From assembly GCA_964503425.1 (NCBI GenBank), contig CAZDAQ010000004.1:1-42428 (forward strand): a stretch of 42,428 bases of DNA, written 5' to 3'. The translations under genes and the position numbers were made by a program. Below, piece after piece: positions 1 to 7,043 of this stretch. The notes beneath the pieces are model-generated. The model was given only the letters and a program-made list of their open reading frames with translations. It made no database searches and had not been told where the DNA came from. This DNA is from an uncultured Opitutales bacterium. Lineage in GTDB: Bacteria > Verrucomicrobiota > Verrucomicrobiia > Opitutales > JABDGR01. The stretch's first letter is position 1. Every line of letters starts with the position of its first letter.

Positions 1-866
1 GAGTCGTTGACATCGGCGATGAGGATGAATTCGAGGGTAACCATGCGCCCATGCTTTTCGGAGAAGTGCTGGATGGCGGGGATGAGTTCGGCGAGGGGGT
101 ATTTGCGGTTAACCGGCATGATTTGTGAGCGGACTTCGTCGGTCGCTCCGTGGAGGCTGATGGCGAGGCGGAAGCCGAGGGCTTCTTCGGCAAGCTGGCG
201 GATTTGCGGCGCGAGACCGGAGGTCGAAATGGTGATCCGGCGGGCGCCAAAGCGCAGCCCCCACTCGGCATTGACGATGGTAAGCGCGCGCAGGAGGTTG
301 TCGTAATTGGCCAGGGGTTCACCCATGCCCATGACGACGATGTTGTCGAAGGAGGCGAGTTCTTCGCGGGCGCGAGGGGTGGTGGCGTCCTCCTGGCGGC
401 AGACTTGGAGGAGCTGGGCGACAATTTCGCCGGCGGCAAGGTCGCGTTTCCATCCGGCGAGGCCGGAGGCGCAAAAGCGGCAGCCGTAGGCGCAGCCGAC
501 CTGGGTGGAGATGCAAATGGTCTTGCGCGAGCGTTCGGCGCCCACGCCGTCCATCGGCGCGCGGATGACGACGGTTTCGATGAGGGACTTGTCGGGCAGC
601 TCGAGCAGGAGCTTGTCGGTAACGTCGGAGGAAGTTTTGGTGAGGACGAGGCGGGCGGGGGTGGTGTCGAAAGTGTCAGCCAGCCAGGCGCGGAGCTTGG
701 CCGGGAGGCTGGACATGGCGGCGGGGTCGGGGACCCGTTTTTTGTAAACCCAGTCGAGAATTTGGCGGGCGCGGTAAGCGGGCTGGCCGATTTCGGCGAG
801 ACGGGCGACGAGCGTGTCGAGGGTCTCGCCAAAGAGCATAGGCGGGGATGGGGGGCGTTCAGCCAT
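1..866 (-). CDS. rlmN: Radical-SAM 23S rRNA/tRNA adenine-C2 methyltransferase RlmN; C-terminus cut by the window edge
   Basis: The minus-strand translation is absent from the ORF track because it has no stop inside the window. It reads MAERPPSPPMLFGETLDTLVARLAEIGQPAYRARQILDWVYKKRV ... RKTICISTQVGCAYGCRFCASG (radical-SAM CxxxCxxC) ... NIVVMGMGEPLANYDN ... ISLHGATDE ... LEFILIADVND and continues past position 1. In-frame ATGs lie at 866 and 839, with an in-frame upstream stop at 882-884. Confidence 0.9.
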   Translation of the reverse strand, partial: MAERPPSPPMLFGETLDTLVARLAEIGQPAYRARQILDWVYKKRVPDPAAMSSLPAKLRAWLADTFDTTPARLVLTKTSSDVTDKLLLELPDKSLIETVVIRAPMDGVGAERSRKTICISTQVGCAYGCRFCASGLAGWKRDLAAGEIVAQLLQVCRQEDATTPRAREELASFDNIVVMGMGEPLANYDNLLRALTIVNAEWGLRFGARRITISTSGLAPQIRQLAEEALGFRLAISLHGATDEVRSQIMPVNRKYPLAELIPAIQHFSEKHGRMVTLEFILIADVND

Positions 867-1069
867 AAGGATGGGAGAACGCTACCGGCTCCCGAGGTAT
901 TCGGCAACCGCGAAGGCGGGGGTGCGCTCCGCGCGGGGTGTTTGGAGATTGCATTGGCGGGGGTTTTGGAGAACGTGGGCGGGCTTGGGTAAGGGAGCAT
1001 CACCGTCACGAGACTGTAACGATTCTGTCGGCCATCCGGCATGAAAGCGGCTCTCGCCAAGCACCCCGC

Positions 1070-2338
1070 ATGGAACCCGTATTTCGGAGCATTTTTGGCT
1101 GGGCGGTGCTCATCGCCGCAGCCTGGATGATTTCCTACAACCGGAAATTGTTTCCATGGCGGACGGTGATCTGGGCCATTGGGCTGCAATTCGCGCTGGC
1201 GCTGCTGATTTTGAAGACAGAGTGGGGCAAGGCGCTGTTTCATTTTGCCGGGAAGGCGGTGCAGAAGCTGGCGGAATGCTCCACCGAGGGCACAAAGTTT
1301 GTGTTTGGGCCGATGGCGGACCAGGACCTGCTCGCGGCAAAGTTTGGCGCGGGCAACTCGGTGGTTTTGGCAATTTTGATCATGGGCACGATCATCATCG
1401 TGTCGTGCCTGTCGTCGCTGTTTTACCATTGGGGGATTTTGCAGCGCGTGGTGCGGGTGATGGCGTGGGTAATGCGGAAGGCGCTGCGGACCAGCGGCAG
1501 CGAAACGCTGTCCGCGGCAGCCAACATTTTCATGGGACAGACGGAGGCGCCGTTGCTGATCCGTCCGTATGTGCCGCGGATGACGCGCAGCGAGCTGATG
1601 ACGATCATGGTGTGCGGGATGGCCCACATTGCGGGCGGGGTGGCGGCGGTGTATGCGACGCTGGGGCTGGCCGCGGGCTATCCGGACACGGCGGGGCATT
1701 TGCTGACGGCGTCAGTGCTGAATTGTCCGGCGGCGCTGATGATCGCCAAAATCCTGCTCCCGGAGACGGAAATGAGCGAAACTGCGGGGACGGCACCCGC
1801 GACCGTGCCGCGCACGACGGCGAACTCGATTGACGCGCTGTGCCGCGGGGCGGGTGACGGGTTTCACCTGTCGCTCAACATTACGGCCATGCTCATCGGC
1901 TTCATCGCGGTGATTGCGCTGGCGAATTACGGGTTGACGTATGGGCAGGCGCATGTGGGCATTGGGCATCCGGCGACGCTGCAAAACATCTTCGGCTGGA
2001 TCAATGCGCCATTCGCTTGGCTGATCGGCGTGCCGGTTAAGGACTGCCTGGCAGTCGGACAAATCCTGGGGGAGCGCCTGGTGCTGAATGAATTTGTGGG
2101 CTATCTCGACCTAACCTCGAACTGGAAGCAGCTTGGGCTCGATCCACGCAGTTTCATGCTGGCGACTTACGCACTGTGCGGGTTCGCCAATTTTACCAGC
2201 ATTGCGATTCAGGTTGGCGGCATCGGGTCGCTGGCGCCGGAGCGCCGGAGCGAAATGGCCACGCTGGGCGTGCGTGCGATGATCGGCGGGTTGCTCGCCA
2301 GCTACACGACGGCGACAATCGCAGGGATGCTGCTATAG
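1070..2338 (+). CDS. nupC: NupC/CNT-family concentrative nucleoside transporter
   Basis: ORF track 938..2338, trimmed to ATG 1070. The N-terminus MEPVFRSIFGWAVLIAAAWMISYNRKLFPWRTVIWAIGLQFALALLIL is typical of NupC. The protein is multi-TM, and ANIFMGQTEAPLLIRPY and MTIMVCGMAHIAGGV match the family core. Confidence 0.85.
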   Translation: MEPVFRSIFGWAVLIAAAWMISYNRKLFPWRTVIWAIGLQFALALLILKTEWGKALFHFAGKAVQKLAECSTEGTKFVFGPMADQDLLAAKFGAGNSVVLAILIMGTIIIVSCLSSLFYHWGILQRVVRVMAWVMRKALRTSGSETLSAAANIFMGQTEAPLLIRPYVPRMTRSELMTIMVCGMAHIAGGVAAVYATLGLAAGYPDTAGHLLTASVLNCPAALMIAKILLPETEMSETAGTAPATVPRTTANSIDALCRGAGDGFHLSLNITAMLIGFIAVIALANYGLTYGQAHVGIGHPATLQNIFGWINAPFAWLIGVPVKDCLAVGQILGERLVLNEFVGYLDLTSNWKQLGLDPRSFMLATYALCGFANFTSIAIQVGGIGSLAPERRSEMATLGVRAMIGGLLASYTTATIAGMLL

Positions 2339-2356
2339 GAGGCGGGAGCGGAGGCG

Positions 2357-2767
2357 CTACTGAATGGTTTCCTGGCGCAGTAAGTTGACATACTTGCCGC
2401 CTTGCGGGGTGGGGACGGTTTTTTCGTAGAAAAAGACCCGGATTTCATCCCAATCGCGGTGAGTGTCGAAGCGGTGGCCTTCAAGGACTTTGAGGATGGC
2501 ATCCTGATCGTCGTGGTCGGTGACGCCAGCGACATCCAGAACGACTTTGCCCTGGGTGGGGGTCGCGGCGACATAGGTGTAGCTGCCGGCAGGGGTGTGA
2601 CGCAGGACGAAGGCATGTTCGTCGAGCTGGTTGGTGACGGCGGCGGATTGCTGGTATTTGATGTTGTCGGAAACGGAAGTGCAACCGGCCAGAAGCGCGA
2701 CAGCGAGCCCCAGGCAAGCGCGGCGCCACCAGGATGGATTGGACTGAGCGGATTTGACTGCGGTCAT
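2357..2767 (-). CDS. Small lipoprotein of unknown function
   Basis: ORF track. Signal peptide with a lipobox (MTAVKSAQSNPSWWRRACLGLAVALLAG|CTS). No recognisable domain. Confidence 0.6.
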   Translation of the reverse strand: MTAVKSAQSNPSWWRRACLGLAVALLAGCTSVSDNIKYQQSAAVTNQLDEHAFVLRHTPAGSYTYVAATPTQGKVVLDVAGVTDHDDQDAILKVLEGHRFDTHRDWDEIRVFFYEKTVPTPQGGKYVNLLRQETIQ

Positions 2768-2797
2768 GTGGGCAGGCGTTGCGTGTTTGAAGGGTAT

Positions 2798-3664
2798 TCA
2801 GGCGTTAATATGATACTTGGTCAATTCGCTGATGAGGTAGTCCTGAGCTTCGCGGACGGTGTCGCAGATGCGGAAGAGGGACAGATCTTCTTCGCTGATG
2901 ACACCGCGATCGAGAAAATGGTCCCAGTTGATGAGGGGCTGCCAGAATTCGGCGCCGAAGAGGATGACGGGGACGTATTTGCGGGTTTTTTTGGTTTGGA
3001 TGAGGGTGAGGATTTCGAAAAGCTCATCCATGGTGCCAAAGCCGCCGGGAAAGACAATCAGGGCCTTGGCCAGGTAGAAGAGCCAGTATTTGCGGACAAA
3101 GAAATAGTGGAACTCGAAGGTGAGTTCGGGCGTGCAGTAGGGGTTGACGTGCTGCTCGGTGGGCAGGCTGATGCCAAGGCCGAGGCTGATGCCGCCGGCT
3201 TCGTGGGCGCCGCGGTTGGCGGCTTCCATGATGCCGGGACCGCCACCGGTGCAGATGGGGAAGCGGCGCGCGGGGTCAGGCAGCGACTGGGACCATTGGG
3301 TAAGTCCACGGGCGAGCTCGCGGGCTTTTTCGTAATAGGGGGCGGAGAGAACAGCCTGCTGGGCGCGGTCGAGGCGCTGCTTTTGGTCGCGGGTGAGCGC
3401 GGGCTTTTGGCGGATTTCAGCGTGAAGCTGATCCAGTTCCTGCTGAGCGACTTCGGGGGGCTTGATGCGGGCGGAGCCGAAAAAAACCAATGTGTTTTCC
3501 ACTTGGTATTTGCGCAGGCGGACGGCGGGCTCGGTCATCTCGCACATGACACGGATGAGGCGGGCGTCGGCGCTTTTGAGGAAATCGGCGTTGGCGTAAG
3601 CCTTGAGAGGCCAGCCGTCGGCGGGGATGGGGACGCGGGGCGGGGGGTTGGTTTCGGTGGACAT
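2798..3664 (-). CDS. LOG-family (TIGR00730-type) Rossmann-fold nucleotide 5'-monophosphate nucleosidase-like protein
   Basis: ORF track. The GGGPGIMEAANRGA and PGGFGTMDELFE motifs are diagnostic of the LOG / lysine-decarboxylase-like family. This is the form with a long N-terminal extension. Confidence 0.85.
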   Translation of the reverse strand: MSTETNPPPRVPIPADGWPLKAYANADFLKSADARLIRVMCEMTEPAVRLRKYQVENTLVFFGSARIKPPEVAQQELDQLHAEIRQKPALTRDQKQRLDRAQQAVLSAPYYEKARELARGLTQWSQSLPDPARRFPICTGGGPGIMEAANRGAHEAGGISLGLGISLPTEQHVNPYCTPELTFEFHYFFVRKYWLFYLAKALIVFPGGFGTMDELFEILTLIQTKKTRKYVPVILFGAEFWQPLINWDHFLDRGVISEEDLSLFRICDTVREAQDYLISELTKYHINA

Positions 3665-3780
3665 GGGGTGACGGAATGCGGGAAGTGATTAAGAGCATGA
3701 GGAATCGGCAGGGGATAGTCCATCCCGGCGTTAGCGGGGGCAGCAAGAGCCGTGAGCGAAATGACCGGGCAACGCGGGCT

Positions 3781-3960
3781 TAAGAAATCCAGATTTTGAG
3801 TGAAAAATAGTTTCTTGACTTAATAATAATTGATATTTAAGAAAGTCATGGCGATAACGATGATATTTGAAGCCAAGGTTACCGCAATGAAACCCCGGAG
3901 AGAGAAGATGCAGACAGCAAACAAGTTACCGAAGAGAATGTAGAACGCGCGTTAACAAAG
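3781..3960. other. AT-rich intergenic island between the divergent LOG-family and kinase genes (probable promoter/leader region)
   Basis: Hand count gives 66 G+C in 180 nt (about 37%), and only 12/60 (20%) for 3781-3840, against GC-rich flanks. It contains TTGACT (3815-3820), TTGAGT (3796-3801), several TA-rich hexamers and a 31-codon ORF (3848-3943). Confidence 0.6.
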
Positions 3961-3971
3961 TCCGTGACCCC

Positions 3972-6593
3972 ATGGACAACCCCAACACGAAGGCAGCGAC
4001 ACCGCGTGCCCGGCCCTCCGCCGGACGCCGCCAGCGGTGGGCCGTGTATGTGCTGGCGGTGGGGGTGACGGTGGCGACGCTGGCAGTGCGTATCAACGAG
4101 GCTTCGTGGTTTGGCGACCGCCTAGTGCTTATCTTGTTTGTGCTCCCGATAGTGCTGAGTGCGTATGCCGGCGGATTGGGTCCGGGGCTGGCGGCCACAG
4201 CGGTGGCGGCTTTGGGCGCGAATTATTTTCTAATGCCACCGACCCACGCGTTCACCTTTGCGAGGACGGTGGACATGGCGCAATGGCTGATGCTGATTGT
4301 GGCGGGGGTGGCGATTAGCGCGGCGATGGAGTTGTTGCGGGCCAACCAGGGCCGGCTCAAGGCAACGATGAAGGAAAACAGCGACCTGCGGACGGCCTTG
4401 GATGAGCATGCGATTGTGGCGATGACAGACGCGCGCGGGAAGATCACGTTTGTGAACGAAAAATTTTGCGCGATCTCGAAGTATGCCCGCGAGGAACTAC
4501 TGGGGCAGGACCACCGCATCATCAACTCCGGCCACCATCCCAAGGCGTTTATCCGGGACTTGTGGACGACGATTGCGCGCGGCGCGGTCTGGCACGGGGA
4601 AATCAAAAACCAGGCGAAGGACGGCTCGTTCTACTGGGTGGACACGACCATTGTACCATTCCTGAACTCCGACGACAAACCCCGCCAATATGTGGCAATC
4701 CGGACGGACATCACCAAGCGCAAGCAGGTGGAGGAAGCGTTACGGCTCCTCGGATCGGCGGTGGAACAGTCCAAAGAATCCATGGTCATCACCGATGCGG
4801 AGCTCAACCAACCCGGGCCCAAAATTATTTTTGTCAACCAAGCCTTTACCCAGATGACCGGTTACACGACGGAAGAAGTCCTGGGGAAAACGCCCCGGAT
4901 TTTACAAGGGCCACGCACGGATAAAGCGGTCTTAAGCCGGCTTCGGCGGAACCTCGAACAGGGTGAGGTATTTGCCGGCGAAGCCATCAATTATCGCAAG
5001 GACGGGACGGAGTTTGAGCTGGAATGGCAAATCGCGCCCCTGCGCAATGCCGGCGGGATAATCACCCACTTTGTGGCCACCCAGCGCGATGTCACCCAGC
5101 GCAAGCAGGTGCAGGATGCGCTGCGCAAGAGCGAGGCGCGCTACCAAGCGCTCTTTGACTACGCGCCGGATGGAATCCTCGTCGCCGATTCCCGGAGCCG
5201 CTATCTCGACGCCAATGCCAGCGCCTGCCGGATGCTCGGTTATGCCCGCAACGAACTGATCGGCCTGCAGGCCGCGGATATCGTGGCCGAGAGGGAGCAG
5301 CCGCACATCGGGCTGGCCTTGGAGACGATCATAGCCGGGGCCGAATACCGGCGGGAGTGGAAGTTCCGGCGCAAGGACGGCACGACTTTTGAGGCGGATG
5401 TGATCGCGACCACCATGCCTGATGGCAATTTGCTGGGATTGATCCGCGACATCACTGAAAGGAAAAAAGTCGAGGCGACGGTTTTGCAATTGGCCAACAT
5501 TGTGACCTATTCGGACGACGCCATCATCGGGAAGAGCCTGGACAGCATCATCACCAGCTGGAACGCGGGCGCGGAAAGAATTTTCGGCTACACCGCGGAC
5601 GAAATGGTGGGCAGTACGATTACGCGGATCATACCGCCGGAGCGCCTGCCGGAGGAGGAAATGATCATGCGCCGGATCACACAGGGCGAAAGCGTGGAAC
5701 ATTTTGAAACCCTGCGCCAAGCCAAGGATGGGCGGTTGATTGACGTATCCGTGACGGTTTCGCCGGTCAAGGATGCGGCAGGGAGAATCACGGGCGCCTC
5801 GAAAATTGTGCGCGACATCACCGCGGAAAAGACGGCCGAGGCGAAAATCCACCAATTGAATGCGGAATTGGAACAGCGGGTGGTCGAGCGCACTGCGCAA
5901 CTGGAGGCGGCGAACAAGGAACTGGAGGCGTTTTCGTATTCGGTGTCGCACGACTTGCGCGCGCCGCTGCGGGCGGTGGACGGCTTCTCGCAGGCGGTGC
6001 TGGAGGATTACGGGCCGCAGTTGCCCGAGGAAGGCCGGCGCTATTTACAGACCATCCGCGGCAGTGCGCAGAAAATGGGCATGCTGATAGATGACCTGCT
6101 GGCGTTTTCGCGCTTGAGCCGGCAGCCCCTGAGCACGCAGACGGTGAACACCGGCAAGTTGGTGCGGGAAGTCCTGGAAGAGTTGCAGGGCCAACAACCG
6201 GAACGGGCGGTGGAAATTCAGGTGGGCGAGTTGCCCTCCTGCCGGGGTGACGCCGCGCTGCTGAAGCAGGTCTGGGTGAACCTGTTGTCGAATGCCTTTA
6301 AATACACGCGCCAGCGCCGTCCGGCGGTGATTGAAGTGGGCAGCAAACTGGCGCAAGGCGAACAGGCCTACTATGTCCGGGACAACGGGACCGGCTTTGA
6401 CATGCGGTATGTGCACAAGCTGTTCGGCGTGTTCCAGCGGCTGCACCGGGCGGAGGAGTTCGAGGGCACGGGGGTGGGTCTGGCTATCGTGCAGCGGGTC
6501 ATTCACCGGCACGGCGGACGGGTTTGGGCCGAAGGGGAGCCGGATCGCGGCGCGACTTTTTATTTTACCTTAAAAGGAGAAACCAAACGATGA
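3972..6593 (+). CDS. Membrane sensor histidine kinase: DUF4118 (KdpD-membrane-like) 4-TM module, four PAS domains, HisKA, HATPase_c
   Basis: ORF track. Residues ~22-122 form four hydrophobic helices with the DUF4118 pattern ([16 protein letters not shown] ... [10 protein letters not shown]). Four PAS modules each end in D[IV]T.RK. H-box [14 protein letters not shown]; N-box [10 protein letters not shown]; G-boxes VRDNGTGFD and GTGVGLAIV. Confidence 0.9.
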   Translation: MDNPNTKAATPRARPSAGRRQRWAVYVLAVGVTVATLAVRINEASWFGDRLVLILFVLPIVLSAYAGGLGPGLAATAVAALGANYFLMPPTHAFTFARTVDMAQWLMLIVAGVAISAAMELLRANQGRLKATMKENSDLRTALDEHAIVAMTDARGKITFVNEKFCAISKYAREELLGQDHRIINSGHHPKAFIRDLWTTIARGAVWHGEIKNQAKDGSFYWVDTTIVPFLNSDDKPRQYVAIRTDITKRKQVEEALRLLGSAVEQSKESMVITDAELNQPGPKIIFVNQAFTQMTGYTTEEVLGKTPRILQGPRTDKAVLSRLRRNLEQGEVFAGEAINYRKDGTEFELEWQIAPLRNAGGIITHFVATQRDVTQRKQVQDALRKSEARYQALFDYAPDGILVADSRSRYLDANASACRMLGYARNELIGLQAADIVAEREQPHIGLALETIIAGAEYRREWKFRRKDGTTFEADVIATTMPDGNLLGLIRDITERKKVEATVLQLANIVTYSDDAIIGKSLDSIITSWNAGAERIFGYTADEMVGSTITRIIPPERLPEEEMIMRRITQGESVEHFETLRQAKDGRLIDVSVTVSPVKDAAGRITGASKIVRDITAEKTAEAKIHQLNAELEQRVVERTAQLEAANKELEAFSYSVSHDLRAPLRAVDGFSQAVLEDYGPQLPEEGRRYLQTIRGSAQKMGMLIDDLLAFSRLSRQPLSTQTVNTGKLVREVLEELQGQQPERAVEIQVGELPSCRGDAALLKQVWVNLLSNAFKYTRQRRPAVIEVGSKLAQGEQAYYVRDNGTGFDMRYVHKLFGVFQRLHRAEEFEGTGVGLAIVQRVIHRHGGRVWAEGEPDRGATFYFTLKGETKR

Positions 6594-7042
6594 ATGAAAA
6601 CCATGTGGTGGAAATATTGATTGTGGAAGACAGTCCGCAGGACCTGGAGTTGGCCTTGCGGGCATTAAAGAAGGCCAACCTCGCCAATCACGTGCATGTG
6701 ACCCGCGACGGAGCGGAGGCGCTGGAGTTTATCTTTGGCGAAGGCGCGCACGCCGGGCGAAAAATTGAAAATAGCCCGAAAGTGATCCTGCTGGACTTGA
6801 AACTGCCGAAGGTGGATGGCCTGGAGGTTTTACGGCGCATCAAGAGCGATCCGCGCACGAAGGTTATTCCGGTGGTCGTACTCACGTCGTCGAAGGAGCA
6901 GCGGGACGTGGTGGAAAGCTACAAGCTCGGCGTCAACAGCTACATGGTCAAGCCGGTGAATTTTGAGGGATTCGTCGAAGCGGTGCAAAAATTGGGCATG
7001 TATTGGCTGCTGCTGAATGAACCCCCCAAGATTGGAGGATGA
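6590..7042 (+). CDS. Stand-alone CheY-like response-regulator receiver (no output domain)
   Basis: ORF track 6524..7042, trimmed to ATG 6590. A GGAG lies about 10 nt upstream, and the start forms an ATGA overlap with the kinase stop at 6591-6593. Receiver motifs: [35 protein letters not shown]. Confidence 0.9.
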   Translation: MNENHVVEILIVEDSPQDLELALRALKKANLANHVHVTRDGAEALEFIFGEGAHAGRKIENSPKVILLDLKLPKVDGLEVLRRIKSDPRTKVIPVVVLTSSKEQRDVVESYKLGVNSYMVKPVNFEGFVEAVQKLGMYWLLLNEPPKIGG

Positions 7043-7043
7043 C

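Noticed and set aside
3972-4340. Calling the first kinase KdpD because of its DUF4118-type membrane module.
   Set aside because: It lacks the KdpD N-terminal sensor and Usp domains, carries four PAS domains instead, and there are no kdpABC or kdpE genes nearby.
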